From positions 1-64,000 of IMG/VR virus record IMGVR_UViG_3300021963_000023: a DNA stretch of 64,000 nucleotides; one strand, given 5' to 3'. The notes below the pieces were generated by a model. The model was not told the origin of the DNA and searched no databases. It saw only the letters and a list, made by a program, of their open reading frames with translations. The stretch's first letter is position 1. Every line of letters begins with the position of its first letter. Below are positions 31,385 to 40,550 of the stretch, in pieces. Both the position numbers and the translations under genes were made by a program.

Positions 31385-31627
31385 ATGATGAACAAAATCA
31401 AAAATTTAAAGAACAAGGAAAAGAGACTGGTCCTATACAAAGATACATCACTAATGTTAGCGATGTTCTTTCTCCCATTTGGCTACGATGCTTTATTCAA
31501 ATTAATAATGGACATGAGTGGTTCATATTGGGTAGCCGATATCGTTTTTTATTCTATTTCAGGTTGTTTTTGGTTGTCTTATATACTTCTTACGAAGTAC
31601 TTAAATAAAAAAGAAACCTCCAATTAG
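31385..31627 (+). CDS. small two-TM membrane protein
   Basis: two hydrophobic segments. Confidence 0.6.
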   Translation: MMNKIKNLKNKEKRLVLYKDTSLMLAMFFLPFGYDALFKLIMDMSGSYWVADIVFYSISGCFWLSYILLTKYLNKKETSN

Positions 31628-31755
31628 GAGGTTTTTTTATTTTCTGGTTTGTCTGGTTGTTGTAAACCTTTTTTAGTTTCATCTTTTTTAACATAATGAT
31701 TTTTTGTGGCATCCTTATGTTTTTCTAAGATCTTCTTTTTTTCTTCTTCGGTCAT
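31624..31755 (-). CDS. 43-aa charged peptide MTEEEKKKILEKH...
   Basis: read by eye; continues the minus-strand operon. Confidence 0.5.
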   Translation of the reverse strand: MTEEEKKKILEKHKDATKNHYVKKDETKKGLQQPDKPENKKTS

Positions 31756-31765
31756 TTTAAACACA

Positions 31766-32086
31766 TTACTCATATTTTAATTGTTTTTTGTTTTCTTGGA
31801 GACATCTCTCTTTTTTATTTTTTAATACTAGACATTTTTCATATTCTTCAGTTTCTTCTAATATTTCAATCATTCTGTCTATGATTTCGATTAATAATTC
31901 TAAATCATTATTGTAGCTTAATATTGTCTTTTTATTAATATACTCAAAAATCATATCATTGTCAACGTTTCTTATGTAGTCATATATCATTCTAACCTCA
32001 TCATCATCATAATTACCGACGTGAAGTACCCTAGTTGCTTGCAAAAGAAATGATACTGACATATTCATAAATATCCCTTCATTCAT
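31766..32086 (-). CDS. hypothetical protein with UVR-like C-terminus
   Basis: ETEEYEKCLVLKN. Confidence 0.6.
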   Translation of the reverse strand: MNEGIFMNMSVSFLLQATRVLHVGNYDDDEVRMIYDYIRNVDNDMIFEYINKKTILSYNNDLELLIEIIDRMIEILEETEEYEKCLVLKNKKERCLQENKKQLKYE

Positions 32087-32402
32087 TGATTAACTTTTTT
32101 TCTAATATCCTGAAACATTCAAAGAAACCATCTTTCTCAATATCTTCTCTATTTTCTTTTGATGATTGAGCTGGCCCGAAAACAATTCCATTATTTAATG
32201 AAATACTAAAAACCCATTGTTTAGGGTTATACATTTCAATTGTTAGATATACACCTTCTTTATCAAAGAATCTATAAAGCTTCTTCAAATCATATGTGGC
32301 AATCGTTGAAATACTCAACACCCCAATATTTGGAAACATATTATCGTTAAACCTTCTAAAGGCTTTCGGATACAAATATTCTATGGAATACCAATCTAAC
32401 AT
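32079..32402 (-). CDS. hypothetical protein
   Basis: ORF. Confidence 0.65.
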   Translation of the reverse strand: MLDWYSIEYLYPKAFRRFNDNMFPNIGVLSISTIATYDLKKLYRFFDKEGVYLTIEMYNPKQWVFSISLNNGIVFGPAQSSKENREDIEKDGFFECFRILEKKLINE

Positions 32403-32487
32403 AATAACTAATATAAGAATTTTCTTTCAATAATTACATTATTATGGATTTTATAAAATAAACATATACTTATTTGGTATTAATAAA

Positions 32488-32721
32488 ATGATTATACGAG
32501 AATTTTACATTAATGAGGATAACGGCGGGTTATATGTCGAATTCTCCACAAAAAAAGACGGTGACGACTTTTATCGAGTTATTGAATTCAATAAGGAAGA
32601 TATTGAATATTACTCGCCCACAATATTAGACGATGATACGGAAATAGACGAGGAGTTTATAACAGAGCTAATACTTGAGTATTCAAAAAATAATGAACTG
32701 CCAGAAGAAGAAATGTTGTGA
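32488..32721 (+). CDS. small acidic protein
   Basis: ORF. Confidence 0.6.
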   Translation: MIIREFYINEDNGGLYVEFSTKKDGDDFYRVIEFNKEDIEYYSPTILDDDTEIDEEFITELILEYSKNNELPEEEML

Positions 32722-32733
32722 TATTTATAAGAT

Positions 32734-33102
32734 ATGGAGTTTCTAAATGACCAACAAAAAGAAAAATTAACCGAGTTTGTTAAATTCGTAAAGGGTGAAC
32801 TTAAATTAAAGTCTACCCCTAAGGTTGTTGTCCAAAATGGAAGAAAGGATCTTAAAACAACTGCAAACTATGATTATACCCAATCAGATAAAATAATCAA
32901 GGTTAACGCTAAAAATAGAATGCTTGTAGATGTTATGAGAAGTGTGGCACACGAGTTGGTTCACCACAAACAATACGAAGACAAGCGTCTAGAGGTCAAA
33001 CCACCGGATATTGGTGGTGAAATCGAAGACGAAGCAAACGCAAAAGCTGGTCAATTTATTAAGATGTTTGCTCAGAAGGATCAAACCATTTATGATGAAT
33101 AA
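32734..33102 (+). CDS. small HExxH metallopeptidase-motif protein
   Basis: RSVAHELVHHKQ...EDEANAKAG. Confidence 0.65.
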   Translation: MEFLNDQQKEKLTEFVKFVKGELKLKSTPKVVVQNGRKDLKTTANYDYTQSDKIIKVNAKNRMLVDVMRSVAHELVHHKQYEDKRLEVKPPDIGGEIEDEANAKAGQFIKMFAQKDQTIYDE

Positions 33103-33681
33103 TTAACGTCTTGTAAATTTTAAAATAATCATAACGGTAACCGCCTTATCTCTCATACCAGTACTTAAATATAAATCTGTAGTTATTGGTGTACTCGTTA
33201 ATGTTAGTTTTTTAGCTAACGATCCCATTGCATCCGTAGAAAACGTATAGCTGGTATAACTACCAGTAGTTAAATTCTTAACATACAGGTCGCTATATTC
33301 ATTAGCTAGATATGGTCTAGGAAAATCCGCTTTTAATTGATCACTCCTCGTATTGTTAGTAACATATAAATCATATGATGTTGCTTGAGGGGCACCATCA
33401 AACTCCCAAATATCACCAATAACAAATCTTCGATCTGGAGATGTTTGATTGTAATTTTGTTTCATTATTATTCCACCAGAAACAAAGCTTTGGTTGTTAA
33501 ATGCATTAATACAAATTGTGTCCGTTTTTATTATGTCAATTGGTGATATTGAACTTATTTTCACAATTTGATAATCAGTAAAAATCCATCTACCAGAAAT
33601 AGAGGGCTCACTTATCATTTCGTACTTCTCACAACCCCAAAATAATGGAGTAATTAATAGAATTAAGAATAGTTTTTTCAT
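33103..33681 (-). CDS. lipoprotein (lipocalin-like)
   Basis: lipobox FWGC; ISGRW; C-terminal FTR. Confidence 0.65.
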   Translation of the reverse strand: MKKLFLILLITPLFWGCEKYEMISEPSISGRWIFTDYQIVKISSISPIDIIKTDTICINAFNNQSFVSGGIIMKQNYNQTSPDRRFVIGDIWEFDGAPQATSYDLYVTNNTRSDQLKADFPRPYLANEYSDLYVKNLTTGSYTSYTFSTDAMGSLAKKLTLTSTPITTDLYLSTGMRDKAVTVMIILKFTRR

Positions 33682-33763
33682 TATTATTGATTTTGAAGTA
33701 CAAAACTCGTATATTTTATTGATATTAACAAAAGAAACTGAAATTATTTTATATTTATAAGGT

Positions 33764-35209
33764 ATGCATTTAGTAATAACTGAAAGACAGCTAAAGGATT
33801 TAATCAGATTAAGCTCTGTAAATCAAGATCTTAGTGAAGAGGGTGAGATTGGTTCACCGGAAGCTGGAACATCTAGTGATGGGGAGCAAAAGACTGGTGC
33901 AACCAAGTGGGAGAGCGGTGTAACTAGAGGACCGGCTAATCAAATTGGACCGACCACATGGTCAAACATTGTGGGTTCAACCTTAAAAAGAGGTAAAGCT
34001 AATCCATTAGGTGAGCAAATTAACCCAGTAGTTGACATGGTAACTAACGCTATGGCTATTGATTCTGCCATGAATGATACCAAGTATGTGGAACTTACAA
34101 CCCCATGGAGAACAAAAATAAAAATACCTGCAGACGCTCAATATAAACTTTGGGAACCTGAAGCAGATAGAACAAAATCAATATCAAAAGATCGAATAAG
34201 AGAAATTGGTAGTAGAGTATATTGGAGGGTTGGGTATGATAAAAAAATTGAGGACGATGTTTATGAATTGGTTAAAAATGAACAATTAACAGGAGTTTTA
34301 CCGGATGGATCTTTAAGATATTTCACAACAAATGACGGTAAAGATTGGATTTTCGTAGTAACAAGAACCGGTGTTGATCCATCAGATAAATCTGGTATTT
34401 GGACCATTAAATATAAAACCTTTGTGCACCATCCAAGCCCAACAGCAGCATATGAGAATTATGATGACAAAAAATACATTAAAAAAAGTACATCAACAAT
34501 AATTGTTGAGTTTTTTAATGAATATGGTGAATTAATTTTACAAGTAACTCTTAGTGTTGCATTGGGAATATTAACAATGGGGCAAAGTTTATGGATACAA
34601 GCGTTAGCTGAATTTGCATTAAATGCAGCATTTGCTGCCAAACAATTACTTGTTGATAAAAATAATTTTGGAGCCGCATTGTCCTTAATTATTGGCGTGG
34701 TGCCATTTGCATCAATAGGCTTAAGATATGGGTTAGGTAAATCATTAGCAGCATTATCAAAGTACGGCCCGGAATTATCGGCTGCAAAAAGTTTAGATGA
34801 GGCACAAGAAATTATATCCAGATTTTCGGCTACAGAACAAACATTAATAAAAAAAGCGTTATCTCTACCTGAAGCGACGCTAAAAAAAGCGATGAATGAA
34901 GGTTCTGTAAAAATTTTCCTAGAAGGAATAAAAAAAGGAACTATAGATATTGCTAAAATCCCGTTACAACAAAGAACGTGGGTCTGGCAGACCACATTTG
35001 AGTTACTTACAGGTGGCCTTATTATTTGGCAAGGTATTAAGTATAAAAAAGAAATGATGGAGAAAGAAAGTAAAGAATTTTCAAATCTTTCATTAACAAT
35101 GTGGACCCCACAAAATGGTTTCGATACTCCAGAATTTAGGAAATGGGCGGAAGAAATGGGTGTAAAATATGGTGAGGGGTATAAAAAAGAAGAAAACCAA
35201 CCTAAATAA
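33764..35209 (+). CDS. leader-bearing multi-TM protein
   Basis: MHLVITERQL leader; hydrophobic helical cluster around aa 255-330. Confidence 0.75.
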   Translation: MHLVITERQLKDLIRLSSVNQDLSEEGEIGSPEAGTSSDGEQKTGATKWESGVTRGPANQIGPTTWSNIVGSTLKRGKANPLGEQINPVVDMVTNAMAIDSAMNDTKYVELTTPWRTKIKIPADAQYKLWEPEADRTKSISKDRIREIGSRVYWRVGYDKKIEDDVYELVKNEQLTGVLPDGSLRYFTTNDGKDWIFVVTRTGVDPSDKSGIWTIKYKTFVHHPSPTAAYENYDDKKYIKKSTSTIIVEFFNEYGELILQVTLSVALGILTMGQSLWIQALAEFALNAAFAAKQLLVDKNNFGAALSLIIGVVPFASIGLRYGLGKSLAALSKYGPELSAAKSLDEAQEIISRFSATEQTLIKKALSLPEATLKKAMNEGSVKIFLEGIKKGTIDIAKIPLQQRTWVWQTTFELLTGGLIIWQGIKYKKEMMEKESKEFSNLSLTMWTPQNGFDTPEFRKWAEEMGVKYGEGYKKEENQPK

Positions 35210-35241
35210 CAAAAGATAATATTTATAAATAAAATAAAAAG

Positions 35242-36270
35242 ATGAAAGAAATTTTAAGTGAAATTAATAGAAACAGAACATTGATGGGATTACCAGTGTT
35301 AACAGAAGGAACCGGATTAGCAGGTATACTTGACGCCGCAGTAGGCGGAATGGAATTAACCATGCAGAAACAAGTGACCAAAGAGATTGTTGACAAGTTT
35401 GCTGGTAGTTTCACTTTTGGCAATGCCGCGGCTAAAACTAAATTCATAAACGGTGGTCTGGCTAGTGTTAAAACTGCATTAGGAAAAATATCAAGAAAAG
35501 AAGCGTTAGCAATAATTGTTCAAATAGATAATTCACAAATTCCTAAATTAGCGTCATTTATAATGAAAAATGAAGATGGTTTGGTTGATACTGTAAGTCA
35601 ATTGATTCAAAAAGGGGTTCCAGTAAAAGATATTAAAGCGAAGCTTGGTACACTTACTGATATTCCTGATACGGTAATCAATACAATGATTAAAAATATT
35701 GAAATAGATGTTCTATTTACACCAGAAAGAATAACATCATTTGCAAAAGCTATTGAAACTTCTGGAGGTAAAAACTTAAAAAAGTTAACACAGGAAGCTA
35801 TTGATACATTTAGAACATCAAATCCAGGTGCTACGGAACAACAAATTGCTGAGCATATGGTTAGGAATCTACCAGATAACTTTTTTAGTGCTAAGAATGT
35901 TGAATTATTAACTAGAAAATTTGGTAGTGGATTTAAATCTATTTTGGGGGTGCTTATTTTGAATAAAAAACGTTCTGCCCCATCATGGTGGAAGATACTT
36001 GGTATATTGGGTGCTTCAACCACTATTGCTATTTATACCGCAATTGGCGATCATATTAGTAGAGAATATATTCCTGATGCGATAGACATTCTTGAGAAGA
36101 ATCCAAAATATAAATGTTACGCTAAGTACGTTACACCAGGTAAAGATAAAAACCATTTTGTTGTGGTAGAACCAGATAATACACGAGCTATTATTAAATT
36201 CGACAATAAAAGATTTTGGTATGTGGATAAAAATGATACACCAATAAAAGAATTGACTTGTAACGAGTAA
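35242..36270 (+). CDS. leader-bearing membrane protein
   Basis: MKEILSEINR...LTE; TM segment WWKILGILGA. Confidence 0.7.
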   Translation: MKEILSEINRNRTLMGLPVLTEGTGLAGILDAAVGGMELTMQKQVTKEIVDKFAGSFTFGNAAAKTKFINGGLASVKTALGKISRKEALAIIVQIDNSQIPKLASFIMKNEDGLVDTVSQLIQKGVPVKDIKAKLGTLTDIPDTVINTMIKNIEIDVLFTPERITSFAKAIETSGGKNLKKLTQEAIDTFRTSNPGATEQQIAEHMVRNLPDNFFSAKNVELLTRKFGSGFKSILGVLILNKKRSAPSWWKILGILGASTTIAIYTAIGDHISREYIPDAIDILEKNPKYKCYAKYVTPGKDKNHFVVVEPDNTRAIIKFDNKRFWYVDKNDTPIKELTCNE

Positions 36271-36272
36271 TT

Positions 36273-37214
36273 ATGCTAAAAAATTTAAAGGAACAAGCAG
36301 ATAAAAGGGCTGGTGCACCAAAAGGCGCAGCAACAGTGAATGACACAAATTCTTCCGCAGATGCTAGAGCCGGTGGAAGTGCTGGTTCTCAAGATAAAAG
36401 AGCCGGTGGAAATGCTGGTGGAAGTGCTGGTTCTCAAGATAAAAGAGCCGGTGGAAATCCAGCAACAGTGACTTCTGATGTATTTGCGTGTTTATTAAAT
36501 TCTAAAGAAACCGATACTCAACCAAAAATTGTAAAAACAAGTAGTCCAAATCAGGTAAGACAAGTCTTTTCTGATGTTATTTTTTACTTTTTTAGTAATT
36601 ATTATTTTCAATTTACGGATAAGACCGGTAAATTCGACAAAACAAAACATTATAAGGGCACTTGGAAATGTGATGGAGATAAAGATTATATAATAAACAC
36701 CGAGGATGGTGATGATTATAGTAGTAAAAGAGGAAATTGGAAAGGAGTTCCTAACAATAGTAATAACAACAACAATAATAACAATAATAACAATACAGGA
36801 TTAGTAGATACAACTTTAACAGGCGATGAATTGAAGGCCGGTAAAGTTGTTAAAATTGGTATGAAAGGTTCAATTGTTGGAACCATACAAGATTTATTAA
36901 TTAAATTAGGATATACAAATGTAAGTAGTTCTGGTGAAAAAGACAATAAGTTTGGGAGAAGAACAAAACAAATGGTGAAAGATTTCCAAACAAACAATGG
37001 TTTAACCGATGATGGTGAAGTAGGTAAAGATACGTGGCCAAAATTAAACGATCCAGCAGCAGTTAAAAATAGTGCATCAAGCACATCTAGTTTAAGTGGA
37101 TCTGCCAAAACTTCAGTTGCTAAAGATGGTGAAACAGTTGCTGGTTCAGATGTTATTATTGTTAACGAAAAACTTAAAAAAACATTAAGAGAAAACCTAT
37201 TAAAGTTTAATTAA
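36273..37214 (+). CDS. peptidoglycan-binding domain protein with low-complexity repeats
   Basis: IQDLLIKLGY...FG...VKDFQ...GLTDDGEVGKDTW; poly-Asn. Confidence 0.75.
   Translation: MLKNLKEQADKRAGAPKGAATVNDTNSSADARAGGSAGSQDKRAGGNAGGSAGSQDKRAGGNPATVTSDVFACLLNSKETDTQPKIVKTSSPNQVRQVFSDVIFYFFSNYYFQFTDKTGKFDKTKHYKGTWKCDGDKDYIINTEDGDDYSSKRGNWKGVPNNSNNNNNNNNNNNTGLVDTTLTGDELKAGKVVKIGMKGSIVGTIQDLLIKLGYTNVSSSGEKDNKFGRRTKQMVKDFQTNNGLTDDGEVGKDTWPKLNDPAAVKNSASSTSSLSGSAKTSVAKDGETVAGSDVIIVNEKLKKTLRENLLKFN
36366..36457 (+). repeat. in-frame 45-bp tandem duplication (GGSAGSQDKRAGGN)
   Basis: ggtggaagtgctggttctcaagataaaagagccggtggaaat occurs twice. Confidence 0.85.
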
Positions 37215-37240
37215 TAGTTAATTAGTAGATATTTATATTA

Positions 37241-37338
37241 GGAGTTTGATTGGTTTGGTCACCATCAAATGATAATACGAAAAAAACGAAAGGAGGTATT
37301 CTAAATCTCGACAAAGGAGCTCTAAAGGCTCTTTTGTT
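37241..37338 (+). ncRNA. candidate ~100-nt sRNA
   Basis: TATTTATA 3 nt upstream, 5' hairpin, AAAGGAGGT, terminal hairpin with T-tract. Confidence 0.4.
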
Positions 37339-37368
37339 CGTTTATAGTGTTAAGGGTATTTATTATAT

Positions 37369-38259
37369 ATGAAATTCAGGGATTTATTACAAGATTTATT
37401 GGAAGAACAATTACCCTGCGAAAAGGTAGTAACGTATGATATGCTTAAACAAGCAAAAGATTGGTGGAATAATCGTTTAAGTGATCCAAATATAATTATG
37501 AAAATTCTTAGAGCAAAATTTACTGTTGATGAGTTAAAGACTTGGACCGATAAAGAAATTGATAGAACTGTGAATTATACGGTTCAGGATTTGCAAGCAG
37601 CTAGAAAAAAAATTGATTTAATAAATAAATTGTCATATTATAATGACCCTAAGGGCAGTGAGTTTATGTATGTAAAATCAAATGAACCAAATATCATAAA
37701 TATTAATTGTGCATATGTTCCTAAGTATAACAATGACCAATTGGTTTCATCCTTGGTTCACGAAATACAACATCATATACATTATTTAATTGGTGGTGAT
37801 GAGTATTTGAATGATATACGTGGTGGTATAAAAATTGAAAAGAATCCATATCGTCCACAGGTTCCAGTGTCCGAGAAAAGTTGGTTTGATAAAGCAAAGG
37901 AATATATTAATAGTTTAACTGGTTCAAAAAAGGTAGATAAGTTAATTCCTGTTAATGATGGTCAGTTTACAAAGAGGTACCAAAGCCGAGTTTGGGAGTA
38001 TTTTAAATCTAAACAATCTTATGCGTGTAATCCAACTGAAATACAATCAAGGGTAGCTCAAGTTAGAATGCTTTTAAATTTAAAGCCTGGCCAAGACATT
38101 ACAATAGAGATGTTAAAAAATCAAAAAGTATATGAAGAATTTGAGCTCAATTTAATGTGTTGGGGAGGTAGAAAAGATAATGTTTCTTTACAAGATTATT
38201 TGAATAACCTAAATTCATTGGTAAAGAACGATACACTAAATAAATCAACACAAGTATAA
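37369..38259 (+). CDS. HExxH metallopeptidase-motif protein with MKFRDLL..LEE leader
   Basis: HEIQH...PTEIQSR. Confidence 0.65.
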   Translation: MKFRDLLQDLLEEQLPCEKVVTYDMLKQAKDWWNNRLSDPNIIMKILRAKFTVDELKTWTDKEIDRTVNYTVQDLQAARKKIDLINKLSYYNDPKGSEFMYVKSNEPNIININCAYVPKYNNDQLVSSLVHEIQHHIHYLIGGDEYLNDIRGGIKIEKNPYRPQVPVSEKSWFDKAKEYINSLTGSKKVDKLIPVNDGQFTKRYQSRVWEYFKSKQSYACNPTEIQSRVAQVRMLLNLKPGQDITIEMLKNQKVYEEFELNLMCWGGRKDNVSLQDYLNNLNSLVKNDTLNKSTQV

Positions 38260-38286
38260 CAAAAACCCCTCGTCTAATATTTTAAT

Positions 38287-38490
38287 ATGGCTCTACCTTG
38301 TCCCAATTGTAAAAAACCAATCGGTTTAACTTTAGAATTTATCATAAAACATCCCGTATCTGCTTGTCCACATTGTGAGGTTGTTATGGATTTTACAGTA
38401 AATGAAGAAATCAAAAAAAGTTTTAACGAAGCAATATCTGAAATTGAAAAAATAAAGGGGCAGTATAAAGGAATGGTCAAGTTTACTTAA
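38287..38490 (+). CDS. small zinc-ribbon protein
   Basis: CPNC...CPHC. Confidence 0.7.
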   Translation: MALPCPNCKKPIGLTLEFIIKHPVSACPHCEVVMDFTVNEEIKKSFNEAISEIEKIKGQYKGMVKFT

Positions 38491-38541
38491 TAAATTTTTC
38501 AAAGTATTTATAGATAATAAAACGTATTAAAAAAAAATATT

Positions 38542-39138
38542 ATGGCAGGAATTGCTGATCAATTTGCGGGTCTTCCAATTGAAGATCTAATTGTTTCACC
38601 TATAGTCGGGATGGCTAAGGGTCAAGCAAAATTAAACGAAGTTACTTGGAGATACATCTCTGAGGTTGCTTTTGAAAAAGATAAGGACGGAAAAACAACC
38701 GCTCGTTCATTAGATGTAGAAATGAACAGAGTTGTTACTGACGGCGCCACAGGTGAACAAACTATACAGAAATTGTATAACAAGGTTCCGATGTTACCAT
38801 TAGTTCCACTTCCTTCTTTAGCAATTACGTCGGCTGATATTAACTTCACTATGGAGGTAAAAACATCTGAAACATCAAAAGAAAGTTCAGATAGTGAGTC
38901 TTCTTATGAGGCTTCCGCTTCTGGTGGTTGGTGGGGTATGAAATTTTCAGCAACAGTTGCTGGAAAGGTTGCAACACACAAAGAAAACACTAGAAGTACG
39001 GATAACTCAGCAAAATATGAAGTTAAAGTACATGCAGAACAATTACCACCAACTGAAGGTATGTTGAAATTATCAGATTATCTAACTCAAATGTTAGAAC
39101 CATCTTTAATTCCACTTACAGCAGACCCAAGTAAATAA
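38542..39138 (+). CDS. DUF2589-like protein
   Basis: FAGLPIEDLIVSP...AKGQAKL...VPMLPLVPLPSLAI...FTMEV...RSTDNSAKYEVKV.AEQ..P.EG. Confidence 0.75.
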   Translation: MAGIADQFAGLPIEDLIVSPIVGMAKGQAKLNEVTWRYISEVAFEKDKDGKTTARSLDVEMNRVVTDGATGEQTIQKLYNKVPMLPLVPLPSLAITSADINFTMEVKTSETSKESSDSESSYEASASGGWWGMKFSATVAGKVATHKENTRSTDNSAKYEVKVHAEQLPPTEGMLKLSDYLTQMLEPSLIPLTADPSK

Positions 39139-39191
39139 TGGTTGATTTTGTCAATAATTTATGTTATATTGTAATATAAGATAAAATTATT

Positions 39192-39671
39192 ATGGCAAGA
39201 TTAAATGTTGAGGAATTAGTTGGGGGTCTTTTAGAGGCCGCCATGGTTTCTCAAGGTATAAGTGAAAGACAGCATATTAATGCTCTCAGAAACTATTTCA
39301 ATGAAGATGGAACACCCAAAACTACTTCCTTTAATATAGGTGGTAAAGATTTGGTTGTTCCTCTTTATATTTTAGCGGACCACTCATCTATTGGATTAGA
39401 TGAATTGGATATTGAGTTCTCTTGTAGGCTTATATTTGGTGATGAAGATAAAGAAGTATCCAGTCTTAAAAAATCTCTATTGGGGTTATTTAAGAAAAAG
39501 GGATATGAACACAATATCAAAGGTATTGAAGTTGATTCCGGTTATAATCCAACTGAAGCAGGTATGGCTAAAATAAAGGTTAAATTCAAAGCCGATGAGA
39601 AACCAGAAGCGGTTAGTAGGTTGATTGATGAATATATTAAAAATTTAGGTGACCCAAATAATAATCTTTAA
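39192..39671 (+). CDS. DUF2589-like partner protein
   Basis: LEAA...YF..DG.P...VPLYILADHSSIGLDELDIEF...PEAVSRLID. Confidence 0.65.
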   Translation: MARLNVEELVGGLLEAAMVSQGISERQHINALRNYFNEDGTPKTTSFNIGGKDLVVPLYILADHSSIGLDELDIEFSCRLIFGDEDKEVSSLKKSLLGLFKKKGYEHNIKGIEVDSGYNPTEAGMAKIKVKFKADEKPEAVSRLIDEYIKNLGDPNNNL

Positions 39672-39719
39672 ATTTAGTAATTAAATAAAAAACCCCTTGA
39701 GTTCAAGGGGTTTAATTTT

Positions 39720-40116
39720 TGGTGGAGGTGACGGGACTCGAACCCGTGTCTTTCCTGTTCAACAATAAATGACTACACGTTTATTCAATTGGTTCTCAAC
39801 TGACAAATAGTAAATTAATTACAGGAAATTTACAATACTGTTTTTGACTGGATTTTCAAGAGCCGTCAAATTTGCTCCAACACTCTTCGGGTGGTATTAC
39901 ACCTTAAAGGCTTCTGTTCCTAGGTTATATGCCAGTCGACCCGATTGTAGTTTCGCCTTAGGCTACTGCTACGTTAGAAGTTGCAAGCAAGCCTGCTACT
40001 TCCATGTTGTTATAAACGTTGCCGTCTAAAATTTTCCACCATGTATTAAAGTCATAGATGAAGTCTGACTACGTGCCATTTACCCCTGATACCTGAAATC
40101 AATGCCAGGCACCCCC
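39720..40116 (-). ncRNA. ssrA: tmRNA, tag (A)GNVYNNMEVAGLLATSNVAVA*
   Basis: 5' GGGGGUG pairs with 3' CACCUCC-ACCA with G3.U70; GGUUCGAGUCC T-arm; UAGAC before the resume codon; tag ORF 40023-39958; 397 nt. Confidence 0.93.
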
Positions 40117-40119
40117 ATA

Positions 40120-40144
40120 TTTTAAAGAACTATTAGCAAATATA
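40120..40144 (-). promoter_or_regulatory. host-type -7 element + boxA-like motif upstream of tmRNA
   Basis: TATATTTG (40137-40144), AGTTCTTTAAAA (40120-40131). Confidence 0.6.
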
Positions 40145-40202
40145 GATAAAAATGGGTTAAAATAAAAATCTTAACCCAATAATTTAAATATAAAGCAAAG
40201 TA

Positions 40203-40496
40203 CTAAGATTTTTTCTTAGCACCCTTTCTAGCCCCACCTTTAACAGCATCCGCGATGTCTTTTGTTTGATCAACAACTTTTTTAGTTGCTTTAACAACAT
40301 CAGCCACTTCTTCTTTAACGCGCTTAGCTCTTTCTTTAACAACTTCAACTTTTTCCTTAACTTCTTCAACTTTTTTCTCAATAGCATCAGGAATGTTATT
40401 GTTGTTAGCGTCTTCAATCTTTCCAGATTTCATCAATAAATAAGCGATACCGCCAGCAACCAATAAAGCTAATAAAATTAAAAATAATGTAGTCAT
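40203..40496 (-). CDS. N-terminal TM + coiled-coil basic protein
   Basis: ORF; TATTTATA upstream. Confidence 0.7.
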   Translation of the reverse strand: MTTLFLILLALLVAGGIAYLLMKSGKIEDANNNNIPDAIEKKVEEVKEKVEVVKERAKRVKEEVADVVKATKKVVDQTKDIADAVKGGARKGAKKKS

Positions 40497-40550
40497 AATT
40501 TGTTTGTTTATATATAAATATTCGTTAGTTTACTAAAATCAATATTCCAT

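Noticed and set aside
36366-36457. Direct repeat as a possible mini-CRISPR
   Set aside because: Two tandem in-frame copies with no spacers and no cas genes in the window
39844-40029. 61-aa plus-strand ORF
   Set aside because: Antisense to the tmRNA
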